DNA of 63,053 bases from Minutocellus sp. GHC0000111 (Eukaryota), in contig OZ361259.1 of NCBI GenBank assembly GCA_977018835.1, positions 4,526,001 through 4,589,053 on the forward strand, written 5' to 3'. The position numbers and the translations under genes were made by a program. Shown piece after piece: positions 36,580 to 48,100 of the stretch (positions are counted from its first letter, which is position 1; the number at the start of each line of letters is the position of its first letter). The notes beneath the pieces are model-generated. The model did not search any database and was not told the DNA's origin. It saw only the letters and a list, made by a program, of their open reading frames with translations.

Positions 36580-36849
36580 ATTGGTGGTAATAAAATTGAA
36601 AATGCTATAAGTTGCTTGGCGGAGAAATACGGTAAATGCCATGCGTATGCTAGTGGATAAAACAGCACACCTGACTGGCTAACTGGGCCGGTGATACAAG
36701 TAGTAGTACATGTAGTATATATTCCTGTACGAGTTCGTAGATGCATAAGAATTGTACCCACAGATTACATAGTACCAATGGTACTACATGAAGTAACAAC
36801 AAAAGACTACAAACTTCATGTACATCTCTAGCCAGCATACATGTAGTAC

Positions 36850-37388
36850 AGTCCTGTACTATTTGATCTTCATCAACACGAAAAGCTCCGTTTCTATTTA
36901 TTTGATCTCTGGCCACTGCATGTTCTATTGGCATTTTCGTTGTTTCTTCATGTACCAATCTCAAGGGGGCTCTGGGAGAAGGATACGAGGGAACTGGGTT
37001 AACGGGCCGATGGTGCATGTAATCTCCATCGCGAAGATAGCCATAAGCGGCATCTGCCGGTACAACATCGGTGGCAAAAAAAGCCGATTGCCAAACGTCT
37101 AGCCTTGATTTGCTTGTCAAGGAGCCACCTTTGAACACCACGGTCGGATTTTAGTGGTATTGTAGGTAACCATGCCCTGCGACAAATCGTTCAGTGATGG
37201 CAGAATCCATCTCCGAGAAGAAGAGATACGGGGAAGCTTGCTTCGATGGCAGCGGCACTCGTTGAAGCTCTCTCGGAAGAAGTAGTTGATACAGAAAGTA
37301 GAGAGGCATCTTCATCAGAATGTTCCCCGATGCTGGAAGAATCATTGCGCCGTCCTCTACGTGGTGTGTGCGCGCTTGCATTCATCAT
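36850..37388 (-). pseudogene. Orphan small protein, disrupted paralogue of 37933-38508 (3' end uncertain)
   Basis: Shares PRRGRR, ASPYLFFSEMDSA, SAFFATDV and MPI..NRN.AF with its neighbour. Frameshift ~37240 and in-frame TAA 37151-37153. Confidence 0.5.
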
Positions 37389-37932
37389 TGAAACCTGCTC
37401 GTTGTTTTGTGAATGATCATTTGGAACGAACGAAACCACATCCCGAGAGAGAAGCTGCGTACTACGTAGTACCTAGCTACAGTACGTAGCTAGCTAGCTA
37501 GCAGCATGCATGTGCTGTGATTTCTGCATGGTAGCTAGGTTATTTCTGCCTTCTCAAAGAAAGTGCCTGGGAGACCACACACTTACTTTATTTTTAGCTT
37601 CGCTACGTCTTAGCTAGCTAGATATTCTGACGGGCGAAAGAGTAGTCTAACGCGAATGATCAATCAATACGACCGTGAGATCACCGATCGCTATCGACCA
37701 TGAATTCATTTGTTCCATAAAAAAATAAGATGCATGTAAGATTAAAAGATCTACATACTATGTAGATCTACATGTGCCTAGGTACACTGTATACAGCAGC
37801 ATATTTGTCACATGCTTGCGTGGGTAGTGTAAATTGTTTGCAATGTAATCTACAACCTCTATTAATACTATCGTATGTTATGCGATACCCTCCAATTATA
37901 TACAATTCAATCTTATTTTTAACTGTTTTCTT

Positions 37933-38508
37933 TTACTTTTGAAGTAGAGCAAGGCCAGATGCCGCGGCGGCTGTCTTGGCCCTCTTGCGTGCTGCTAGAT
38001 TATCAGCACCAATGACAGGAAAGGATTCATTTCGATTAGTCATTGATTGGATGGGCATGTCCGTAGAAGAGTGATCGTGAATGTTACTATTGAAAGTAAA
38101 GGTAGAATTAAGACGGCGTTGGATGTTGGATCCACTGCCGCCAAGCTGATGCCTGCGCTCGGCATTGTGGTTTTTCACGTCAATGGTTGAGAAGGCCGAA
38201 ACAAGTCGGCCAGACTTAATGTGCTTCTGAAGTAGGCGGCTCTGAACACGGTCGACAACAAGATCGGTGGTGTCGTAGGAAATGACTTCTGACGACGAAT
38301 CATTCAGGTTGACCGCAGACTCAATCTCTGAAAAGTAGAGATGTGGCGATGCCTCGAAGGAGATGGCATTCGATGAAGTGTCGGAGGAAGACGAATTGTT
38401 GGTCGAAGAGTGGTGATATCCCAAATTTGAAGGACGCCTTCCTCGCCGAGGCTTGTTTATTCCTACTGCAGAAAGTGACACGCGCGTATCATCGATGGTA
38501 AGCTTCAT
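37933..38508 (-). CDS. Orphan small protein (~190 aa)
   Basis: Open frame from MKLTIDD; PRRGRR, FEASPHLYFSEIESA, SAFSTIDV, MPIQSMTNRNESF; basic C-terminus RKRAK. Confidence 0.55.
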   Translation of the reverse strand: MKLTIDDTRVSLSAVGINKPRRGRRPSNLGYHHSSTNNSSSSDTSSNAISFEASPHLYFSEIESAVNLNDSSSEVISYDTTDLVVDRVQSRLLQKHIKSGRLVSAFSTIDVKNHNAERRHQLGGSGSNIQRRLNSTFTFNSNIHDHSSTDMPIQSMTNRNESFPVIGADNLAARKRAKTAAAASGLALLQK

Positions 38509-39481
38509 CGCAAGTGTGATGTCGGCTTCGGTGCGAGAGACTACGTAGTTCAGAGCAATTTTTTTGCAAAATGTGCAAAATATATGAGCGCAGAGGCCAA
38601 GCAGGTGTGCAAGTGCGCTCCTGCGCGCCGGTAGTTGGCTTTGTGTGAGATGTACAGACATCTAACTAAGGAGATGCCGCTTGACTTGGCGGCCGCGTGC
38701 CGCCAACAGGCCGCCAATCCCTCGCCGTCAGAATGAATCAACGTCATCGACGTCGGCCATCCCGTACTCTTATGCAGGTCTCTTGTAATATTATTTGATC
38801 AAGGCCTACAAAGTTCCCAGGAGCGGAAAAAGGCCTGCTCGAAAGAGAACACGCAAAAACAGCCAACCGATCCCTGCTCAATATTTCGAAACGAGGCATA
38901 CACATCAGGACCATGACCGAACATGGCCTGAGCTGACCAACTCACGGCCTCAAGGCTCCCGGCAAGCAACGAGCAAGAGAGTCATTTTCAAAAAGTCCGG
39001 TACAATGAGTCACCTCAATTACCGTATCGATCACAGTATCAATTTCTGAAAAGAAACTGAAGATTGGGAGGCAAGATTGGCCACACACAGCAAAGTGCTC
39101 GTTCTCAATAGAAACGCACCCTGCCCCCGCACCCGCATTCCCCGCAAAGAGCAAGGAATTAACGAAGTTGTTACGATCCGAGGCCAAGAAATGGTATCAG
39201 CAGAATGGGAGGAAATGACACAGCCTGTGTGATGTAACCATCCGTATCCGCATGCGATCGTATCGGAATTCGCGATAATTGATCTTATGCGGCGGGAGCG
39301 CAAATGGCATGAGTCAGTTTCAAACATACACAACCAAAAGTGCCCGTACCAGCGCCCATAATCTCGCCATAATCCTCCAACTATTCATTCTCAAGAACAC
39401 TGCACGCACTTTCCTTTCTTCGCACACTCCTTGCTTTCCTCAGCCTTCCTACCTTTGCCCAAGCAAACTCTCACAGCGATC

Positions 39482-39886
39482 ATGTCTACCAGCAACAAAT
39501 ATCGTATTTCGCATGAAATTCACCCATATGCTTACTACAGCCAATTTTTCATCGATGGCGAATTTTCAGATCGATGGCAACTATTCGAGTCATCCATATC
39601 AAGGGGTAGCATTTCTGACATCTCTACTTGTTCCATCGATACAATGCAAGTAGATGTAGCTACGACCACCGATGCTGACATGAATCTCAAGAATCATAAT
39701 CAACAGAATTCTCCTCGCCGAGAGATTAGTACTAGTAGCAATATTTTTGCCACAGATAATTACTACCCAGAAAAACTCGAGCATTCATCAAGAACCATGC
39801 CCAAAATCATCGCTCGTAAAACGAAGAATTTCCCACCAAAAAGAAATATGCGGCAGCCTAATTCTCACATTGCACATTGCTCATAG
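39482..39886 (+). CDS. Orphan small protein, possibly a distant member of the same family
   Basis: ISHEIHPYAYYSQF resembles ISFEASPHLYFSE; 134-aa ORF. Confidence 0.35.
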   Translation: MSTSNKYRISHEIHPYAYYSQFFIDGEFSDRWQLFESSISRGSISDISTCSIDTMQVDVATTTDADMNLKNHNQQNSPRREISTSSNIFATDNYYPEKLEHSSRTMPKIIARKTKNFPPKRNMRQPNSHIAHCS

Positions 39887-40204
39887 AACACGTGCTTGAA
39901 GGATCTTCATTATATATCTACAAAAACTGATGTGAAGATAATACATGTTTTAAAAACTAGGAAATTGAACTCAAACGTCATTCCATGGTTATTCGCTTCT
40001 ATGTCAAAGTCGTCTAAGCCCACTGCAACCGTATTCCTTGTTGTATTTGTTGTGTGTATGACCAGCACATCTTGATAAGCCATTGTATGTGACTTCTTTT
40101 CTCTTCTGACAACGAGTGCATAACATTTATATAACTACAACGTAGCGAAGGCCAAGCCAGAAAGATCAGATATTCTTCGCGACTCAGTCCGCATCAACGG
40201 CACT

Positions 40205-41287
40205 TCAGTCAAACTCGAGGTGTTTCAAGGGATCTCGAACCCAACAGAGCCTCGCTCTATCCTCAGCACTTTCATACTGGTCCAAAGTTGCAATTTGCTT
40301 CATATCTTCTTCATCCAAGCCACCATCCTTCCACCCATCCTCAACGACGGCCGCGATGTTGTCTCTCATGTGATCAATATTTCCGGTTTTGGGAATGACC
40401 GCGTAATTCTGCTGTGTCGCCCATCGTAGCAACACTTGAGATGGACTCTTACTATGTTTCTCGGCAATGGTGCGAACTTCTTCCCTATCGATCAATTTGC
40501 CTCCAAGCTTATTCCATGTCTTCTTTCCACTATCCTGCCCACCCAGGGAAGCGTACGCTTCCACAACAATGCCATGCTTTTGGCAGTACTGGACAATGTC
40601 GCTTTGTGGATTATACGGGTGTAACTCAATCTGATTGACTGCCGGGGGCCATATCCTCGCCGTCTTTCGCAGTGCCTCCAAATAATTGACAGTAAAGTTG
40701 GACACACCGATTGCTCTACATTTTCCCTCAAAAACGGAATCCTCCATGGCGCGGTATGTTTCTGCACGAAGGGCAACCATGTCCGCCTCCGAATGCCCGT
40801 CCTTTGCATAAACAAATGGTCCCTCAGGAGACTTCTGCATCACCTCGTTGCTCCGCGACATGGTATTATATGCAGGGCCTGGCCAGTGTATCAGCCACAG
40901 ATCCAGATATTTTGTTTGCAATCGCTTGAGGCTGAGATCAAGGCATTTCTTCGTGAGTTCATATCCATGGTAGGCCCGCCACTGCTTGCTGGTCAAAAAT
41001 ATGTCCTCTCTTGGCACATCGGTGCATTCCGACAAAGCCTCACCGATCTCGCGTTCTGTGCGTTCGCCACCGAAAATGAAGGCAGTGTCAATGTGACGGA
41101 TTCCGACGGATAGAGCATCCAATACGGCTTGCTTTGCTTGGCCGGAATCCTTCTTGAATTTGTACGTGCCAAGTCCTAAAATAGGGAGGCCAATTGTGGT
41201 CTTTTTGTTACTCTCGTCAACTGTATGCAAGGTAATCGTTGGGATGGTTGGTGCCGAGCTGTCTTCAGAGCTCTTTGATGATGCCAT
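40205..41287 (-). CDS. Aldo/keto reductase
   Basis: LGLGTY, RHIDTA, IFLTSK, YLDLWLIHWP, IGVSNF, NQIELHP, VIPKT. The usual catalytic Tyr after DTA reads FIFGGE, so activity is uncertain. Confidence 0.9.
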   Translation of the reverse strand: MASSKSSEDSSAPTIPTITLHTVDESNKKTTIGLPILGLGTYKFKKDSGQAKQAVLDALSVGIRHIDTAFIFGGERTEREIGEALSECTDVPREDIFLTSKQWRAYHGYELTKKCLDLSLKRLQTKYLDLWLIHWPGPAYNTMSRSNEVMQKSPEGPFVYAKDGHSEADMVALRAETYRAMEDSVFEGKCRAIGVSNFTVNYLEALRKTARIWPPAVNQIELHPYNPQSDIVQYCQKHGIVVEAYASLGGQDSGKKTWNKLGGKLIDREEVRTIAEKHSKSPSQVLLRWATQQNYAVIPKTGNIDHMRDNIAAVVEDGWKDGGLDEEDMKQIATLDQYESAEDRARLCWVRDPLKHLEFD

Positions 41288-41374
41288 GCAGGAACAAAGG
41301 AAGTAATCGCCGGAGATGCGACTGGGACCGCTGCGCGAGAAAGTAGAAAAGGGCTGTTCAGGAGGAATGCCGAC

Positions 41375-41458
41375 GATGTTATGTACCAACTCTTCATAAA
41401 AAGAACGTTGTAGCGCGATATTATTGACCAACTTTTCATAAAAAGAACGTTGTAGCGT
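41375..41458. repeat. 42-bp tandem duplication in the AKR/POP5 divergent promoter
   Basis: GATgTTATgtACCAACTcTTCATAAAAAGAACGTTGTAGCGc followed by GATaTTATtgACCAACTtTTCATAAAAAGAACGTTGTAGCGt. Confidence 0.85.
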
Positions 41459-41639
41459 GGCGAGTGGATGCAGCGGGATCGGGATGGACAGATATTTCAA
41501 TATGGCTCATATCCTGTCGCGGCACGGGATCACGAGATCGGGACCAGGATAATCCGCTCGGCCATGAATTTTCAAACAGTCGGCCATCATCTCGGCGTTG
41601 CTATCTCTACTACGTATCTGAAGCTAAAGCACCATCGCA

Positions 41640-42239
41640 ATGGTCCGCCAGAAGAACCGCTTCCTTATTGTGACTCTCGACTTTGACGAGCAGCTCATGC
41701 CAGCATCGATCGAGCGGAAGCAGCGCGAACGAGACAGTAAGAAGCGACGACGACCAGCCGCGGCTACAGACCCAACGTCAGTCCCAGACGATGGATCACC
41801 GCCGCTGATAGAATCCAAGGACATTCACCGCGTCCTCCGAACGACCATGGAGTCCAATTTCGGCATTGTCGGGGCAGGGATGGTCCATACCATGCGTGTG
41901 CTGCTGTACGACGAGACGGATCGGATGGCAATTATCAAGGTTCCGCGAGAGTACAGTCCCATGGTCCGTGCGGCCCTGACGTTCATCACATCCATCAACG
42001 ATGCCAATGCTGTGCTTTCGACTATCGGCGTTCATGGTTCCGCACGCACGACGAAAATGGCAGCACTGGATTTGATGCGGAAGAATTTCAACGAGACCAC
42101 TTCCATTGGCAGCAGCGATATGACGAAAGACAACAAGAAGCAAAAAAGAAGTGCAGGGGATGGGACACTGACCAAGGCCGAGGAGAAGGCGCTGCTTCGA
42201 TTAGAGGATCGGATGGACAAGATCCGTGAAATGGATTGA
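41640..42239 (+). CDS. POP5: RNase P/MRP subunit Pop5 (Rpp14/Pop5 family)
   Basis: MVRQKNRFL, NFGIVGAG, AIIKVPRE..VRAALTFI, VHGSART. Confidence 0.85.
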   Translation: MVRQKNRFLIVTLDFDEQLMPASIERKQRERDSKKRRRPAAATDPTSVPDDGSPPLIESKDIHRVLRTTMESNFGIVGAGMVHTMRVLLYDETDRMAIIKVPREYSPMVRAALTFITSINDANAVLSTIGVHGSARTTKMAALDLMRKNFNETTSIGSSDMTKDNKKQKRSAGDGTLTKAEEKALLRLEDRMDKIREMD

Positions 42240-42379
42240 TGCATATATTTTGGTGATTCTTTGACCGAGCCGAGCATTCATTCCCGGTATGTAGCTGGCA
42301 GGACGAAGCCCAAAGGATGTGTCTTGAAGCAAAATTTCTATCCTTAATTTTAGTAAACGTAGTGTTAACTCAGATCAAA

Positions 42380-43216
42380 TTAAATCAGACCAGCGATAGT
42401 AACAAGCCCAGCAGCGCCAGCAGAGATAACTCTGCGACTGATACGTTTTGAAGTAGAGGATGTTGTCATTTCATCCTCTACTGCCATATCATCCTTGTGG
42501 TGGTCGTCGTGGTGATCCCCCGTGTGATGATCAGAGTGATCACCATCGGAATGGTGACCTTCGGAATGCATGTAATCGTCTTCACTTGAGCCAACCTCCG
42601 GGAATGTGCCAAGACGCACACCCTCCTTGGAATAAGATGAGGCGCATGCAGGATGCGTCGAGCCTACCATGACCATCTCTCCCATGGAGTGGCTGCCAGA
42701 GCAACCGCGAGCGACCGCGGAAAGTTCGGCGTCGTCCTTGCTCATGTACATACCGTCCATCATGTCCGTCCGAGGAAAGCAAATCGTGCCATCGTCGGTC
42801 ACCGTAGAAGTGGGTAGCGATCCGTCTTCGGGGGCGGACATGGTGCCGCAGGACGCGGCACATACCTCGTGGCTGCAACCCAGGAAAGCGTCGGGGACTG
42901 CAGTGCCATTGACCCCGAATGCAGCTGGGTCCTTCAAAGATACAGGAGTGCAGAATCCGCTCTGCCCCATGCCATCGCCGCAGGGATCAACATCGGTGAT
43001 GCTCGTACCGCAACTGACACCAACGCAGGGGCGGGCACAGTAGGCTACAATGCTGGCGTCGCTCTCGTCCATCCATGCGTGATCGTCCGCCATGTGGTGG
43101 TCACCGCCGTTGTGCATGCTGGACCCTTCGGCCGCCACGGCAGCCGATGCATTCTCTCCGATGAGATCCGAGAGGGAGAGGGCAACAAGGCAGGCGGCAG
43201 CGGTAGAGAATCTCAT
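42380..43216 (-). CDS. Secreted/GPI-like Cys-, His- and Met-rich surface protein with DUF3721-like motif
   Basis: Signal peptide; Cys-rich core; ARGCSGSHSMGEMVMVGSTH; HHSDGDHSDHHTGDHHDDHH; hydrophobic C-terminal tail. Confidence 0.6.
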   Translation of the reverse strand: MRFSTAAACLVALSLSDLIGENASAAVAAEGSSMHNGGDHHMADDHAWMDESDASIVAYCARPCVGVSCGTSITDVDPCGDGMGQSGFCTPVSLKDPAAFGVNGTAVPDAFLGCSHEVCAASCGTMSAPEDGSLPTSTVTDDGTICFPRTDMMDGMYMSKDDAELSAVARGCSGSHSMGEMVMVGSTHPACASSYSKEGVRLGTFPEVGSSEDDYMHSEGHHSDGDHSDHHTGDHHDDHHKDDMAVEDEMTTSSTSKRISRRVISAGAAGLVTIAGLI

Positions 43217-43476
43217 GGTGCTTCAATGCGAACGTACTGAGAATTATGTGGCGACGTGGTGCTCGAGTTGAGGAATAATATTGGGTCGGGTTTGCTCTGT
43301 GCAGTTTCGGCAATGTTCTAAAGTACACGCGCCGTGGACGAATGTGTAAGGGTCGGTCACGTCGTCCGGATGACGGACTGACGATTTTTGCATGCTGGCT
43401 CATTTTTTCGTTGTTCGCCATGGTGCAGGTATCGGCAAGCAAAAGAGCAAGCAATCAACATCACACCGCCACATTT

Positions 43477-44514
43477 ATGCAACACTACGCATTCCTTGCC
43501 GGCATCCTCTTCATTACGGCGTCAATTATTGCATTCAAAATTTTGCCATCATCCGACAACAGTTCTGATTCCAATAGCGTTCGGGGAAGCGAATCCGTCA
43601 AGGGCGAAATCAGTACCACTTCAAGCATGAGGGTCGGCACCATGCTCTCGGCACAATCCATCTTGTCGAGCGGTCGTCCGTATCTGATTTATGGGACGGC
43701 TTGGAAGGAAGATCAGACATCTCTATTGGTGTCGGAGGCTGTCAAGTCGGGTTTTCGATTTATCGATACAGCCTGCCAGCCCAAGCATTATCAGGAACAG
43801 TTGGTAGGCGAAGGCTGGACCAAGGCAGCAGCAGAGCTCGGTCTCAAGCGAGAAGATATATCTCTGCAGACAAAGTTTACCAGTCTCAATGGCCAGGACC
43901 CCAAGCGGATTCCCTACGACAAAATCGCTCCATTGAAAATGCAGGTCGAACAAAGCTTGGCCAAGTCGCTTGAAAATTTAAAATCGTCGTATCTAGACTC
44001 GCTGGTGTTGCATTCGCCAATGTCATCATTCGATGATACAATGGTTGTTTGGCGGACATTCGAGAGCTTTGTTGACGATGGCAAAGTGAAGCAATTGGGC
44101 ATTAGCAATTGCTATGATTACAAGCAATTCACCAAGATCTACGATCAGGCCCGAATCAAACCGTCCGTGCTTCAGAACAGATTCTATTCCAAGTCCTCTT
44201 TCGATGTCGAGCTTCGTCAGTTCTGTAAGGAAAAGGACATCAGATACCAGTCGTTCTGGACACTGACTGCAAATCGTCAAGCACTGGCTTCTCCTAAAAT
44301 CAAAGCCTTGGCTTCGGAAAAGGGACTGAGTCCACAGACGCTCATGTATGCGTTCATGCTATCACAAGGTCATACGCCACTTGATGGAACGACCGACTCA
44401 AAGCACATGGCGGAAGATGTGGCGATTATGCAAAGAATACTTGATGGAGAAGAAATGTTGGATTCAAATGAAATTGCAACAATGGCTGATATCCTTGGCG
44501 TGCCTCGTGGTTGA
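43477..44514 (+). CDS. Aldo/keto reductase with N-terminal signal/TM segment
   Basis: IYGTAWK, FIDTACQPKHY, LQTKFT, YLDSLVLHSP, LGISNCY, LQNRFY, YQSFWTL. Confidence 0.9.
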   Translation: MQHYAFLAGILFITASIIAFKILPSSDNSSDSNSVRGSESVKGEISTTSSMRVGTMLSAQSILSSGRPYLIYGTAWKEDQTSLLVSEAVKSGFRFIDTACQPKHYQEQLVGEGWTKAAAELGLKREDISLQTKFTSLNGQDPKRIPYDKIAPLKMQVEQSLAKSLENLKSSYLDSLVLHSPMSSFDDTMVVWRTFESFVDDGKVKQLGISNCYDYKQFTKIYDQARIKPSVLQNRFYSKSSFDVELRQFCKEKDIRYQSFWTLTANRQALASPKIKALASEKGLSPQTLMYAFMLSQGHTPLDGTTDSKHMAEDVAIMQRILDGEEMLDSNEIATMADILGVPRG

Positions 44515-44928
44515 ACATTGTAAATTCTCGTTAATGTATATGTTAGTCCCAAAATGCGCACTGTCCCAGTTCGCGAACTGGGATCCCAGTTTGCGAACTA
44601 GGATTTATTTATCCCAGTTTGGAAACTGGGATCATAGGCACAATCTCAGTTTGCAAACTGGGATCAATCGAGAAATAATGAATATTTAGCATGGATGATA
44701 TCGCCTTTGCTTCTCCTCGCTTCATTTTTTCATAGCGAAGCAACACAGCCCAAACCTGGTCCAGACGTCCAGACGACATTAGTGCCGGAGCTGATACTCA
44801 ATAAATTGGCATTAGCTGATACTAAATACATATAGTGAATAAATAATAATATCTAGCTAGCTGCTTCTGGCAAATATAAGTCATGAACTGTACATGCATC
44901 TGTGCTATGCCGGCATCATGTTGCTACT

Positions 44929-45124
44929 TGATAAGAGGTCCTAAAGCTAAGCTAGATAGATATAGCTAGTAGAGGTAAATAGGACCTACGTAGATGAAAA
45001 ATGGGCCATCGGAGATGTCGTTGGCCCATGGATCAACGGTCAGGAGAGGGCACTGAGTCAGTGGTCTGATCACCGTACGTACCGTACGTATGTATACGTA
45101 CGTACGTATCCCACGGCATCAACA
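44929..45124 (-). repeat. 3' LTR (196 bp)
   Basis: Matches 50925-51112 apart from an 8-bp indel and a few substitutions. Confidence 0.9.
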
Positions 45125-45179
45125 CACCCTCGCAGATCAATGACTAGTGCCATTGAATCTACATGTAGAGTCCTAATTG

Positions 45180-48100
45180 GAATCAACATGTAAGTAGACT
45201 GGTCGCATGTCGACATGGTAGCGGGCGGGATGGTGCTTTGTAAAATAATCGACCAAATTTTGCGCTCCTTTCCGCCAGTGCACACCTGGAATTGTCGTCG
45301 TTGCTCTGTGCGATCTTGGACCCAGTGGAATCTCACGTCCACAGCCTTAGACCGTCTTTGCTTGACGGTTTTATTGGAGATTCTGTAGAGTTGTCAACGA
45401 CGATAGCAGTAGGGGGCTGCGGGTGACCCATTTCTTCTAGTGCTGCCCGGATTGGTGCTGCATCTTTCATGATGAGAAACAATCCTCCCAATTCGGCTTC
45501 AGCGGCTGAGGACATCACATGCTTGATGATGTTGGCATTGACGAGGATGGCTCCACTCATTGGTGGCATGGGATCACTTGAGTCAGGCTGGCGGTGCGGG
45601 TCCTTAGGGCGGGAGCTTAGGCAGAAGCACCCTCCGAGCTTGCTTCTTGATTTCGTGGGGCTGACAAGCAGGAGGCGTCGCTGTGTGCATGTGGGATCAT
45701 GTCTGACTTGACGCATCGAATGACTGCGTCGGGATGGGTTGCAAGGTAATCTAGAAGCTTCTTGGCATCTTGTCGAGTGCGCTCGGCAGCTTTGGATTGT
45801 TCCGCTGAGATGCTGTTGAGCGCCGGTAAAATTGTTGAGTCAATTGCTCGACCACATGGCACAAGGAGCTGCCCACCACCTGTTGAATTTCGTTGATGTC
45901 TTTGGCGTCGAGTGGTGGTGAGTCGTCTTCCGGTTCTGGCAGCTGGGGTCCCGGGCCATGCGTCGGACGATTCCATCGACATGGCGCATGCTCGGGCCGT
46001 GAGGGGCGGTCGTGTTGGAACTTGTGGCGCATCTCCTTGACGTAGTTAGGCACAGATAGATCCACCCATTTGGCCTCGTAGTTCCACTCGAGTTGAACAC
46101 CACAACAAAGTCGGCCTTCCCAATCGGCAGTGATCTTGCACTTGGAGTTGAGGGCCTGAATGAGATGGTCTGCATGCTCTTTCCCGACATGCTTCACTCC
46201 AAAATCGTCAATGGTTAGGCAAAAGGTAGTTGGGCGGGTTTTGTGCCTCCAAAGGCCGGCAGGACGCTTGCAAGGGAAACAGCCATGGGGTTTGAGATGC
46301 TTGACAAGTTGATCGTAGGCTAGGCGCCCTGCCTGGGGTAATCCATGCATTCCGCCATCGATTCTGACCAACACTCGACCACTCTTTACTTTGTCGTGGA
46401 GGTCGCAGGCTTCCATGACTTCGTCGGGGATGAGAGCTGCTGGCGCCCACATCCATTCTGGCTCTGGCATGGTGCTATTGAGATAGAAGTCACTGACATC
46501 AATTCCCATGAAACGAGCGTTGTCTGTAGAGATGACGCTGTTGAAAAGCAACTTTGCAGTCAACATTTCAGCGGTCGGGGTCGAGACTGTGCCAGGGTAA
46601 TGAATTTTGTCGCCTCCTGCAGTCCATCGAACTCGATTGGGATTTGGTTTATGGGAGCGACAGTCGGCGACAATGCGGAGGCATGTGGCTTTCCCCCCCC
46701 GAGGCAGTTCGGACCAGTGGACGAAAGCCATTGTGTTGGAGGGAATGCTAGCACTGTTTCCAACTCGGCCGTCCGTTAGCCGTCCAATTTCATCGATGTT
46801 TGCTTGAATGAATTGGTCCCTCATGTTCGTTTTGAGGAGGTCGCGGTGTTCAAGCATTGCACCAGCATCGGGATGGACGACGGCGTTAGCAAAGTGTTGG
46901 AGGTTTGGTAAAGGCGAGAAAGCTGCCATGTTGGCCACGTGGTGGGCACTACGACGAGATGATGGCCGTGGGGGAGGGTTCCGATGTGGAATGTGCCCTC
47001 GCTGACGGCATGATCGTCGTCGAGGTGGTTTGGCGGTCGATGGTTTGGACTTGCTTGTCGATTTTGCTGGAGCTGGTGATGTTGGAGTGGCATCGATCGT
47101 TGGAGACTTGCGTTTACGTTGCCGACGGGAGGTGGGGGCATTGGAACTTTGATTGGATGTTACGACGGTTGCATCGTCGTCATGATTATCATCATCGTCG
47201 CCGTTGGGCTCGTCTGCTGCAGCCAAAGGATTGCAGCAGTTGGAAGAAACTGACGAGCGAGGTGGCGCGTTGGATCGACGTGATCGACGGCTTCTAGTGG
47301 TGGCTGCATCACATGTGGAGGATTTTGCCACCCTCGGAGGTTGCTGGGGCTGAGGCAACGGAGCGTTGGGGTTGGAGACAAGGTGACGGCATACTTCAGT
47401 CTCGTTCATCTCTTCTACGTCGTCGTCCTCGTATTTGATTTTGTAGTGCTTATGCTTCTTGTCAAATGCAACGACTCTACCCTTGTAATTGCGATCTCCA
47501 AACACTTTGGCGACGATGGTGCCGAGGCGGAATCGTTGGGAGTCGTCATCGTTCTCCAGCACCCTCGGAGCTGCGGTTGTCTGCATCGTCTCATCAGAGG
47601 CGGAGGTGGCAGATTCTGCTGGGGTCACGCTGTTGAAAATCTCGGAGAGCTTTTCTAAAGCTTGACGATGCTCGTCTCGAAGGGGAGCAAGGGGTGCCGC
47701 TGGATGTGGATTCTGTAGAGCGTGCAGGAGTTCATGAGCTGCGACTGTTGCTGCATCGGCCGACGACGTTTTGGGTACCGGAATCATTTTGGGGAGCCAG
47801 ACGAGTGTGTTACCAGTGCGTTCCGCCCGAGTTTCCTCAATCCAAACCTTGTGACACCGGTAGTGTTCCATGGCTGGACCGACATAGTACCCATCAACGC
47901 CATGCGGGGACCAAGAGCCGCGTGCCGAGGGCATCTCGTGAAAGATGACCTTGCATCCGAGGGGGCCGAGAGGCGTGCGATTGAAATCAAAGCCGCCATT
48001 GAGTTGCTCGTACGCTGATAGTCGAGGGTTGACTCGGGATGCTCTCAGGAAATTGAGGGTCATTACCGCCTGCTCCAGCAATTTATCCCACAAGATGAGG

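Noticed and set aside
1102..37153. TAA reassigned to a sense codon (all four in-frame host-gene stops are TAA)
   Set aside because: TAA ends several well-defined genes here (Ctf8, FtsH, MORN, SGNH). Long conserved genes have no internal TAA, and the same region has frameshifts, so decay or error explains it better.
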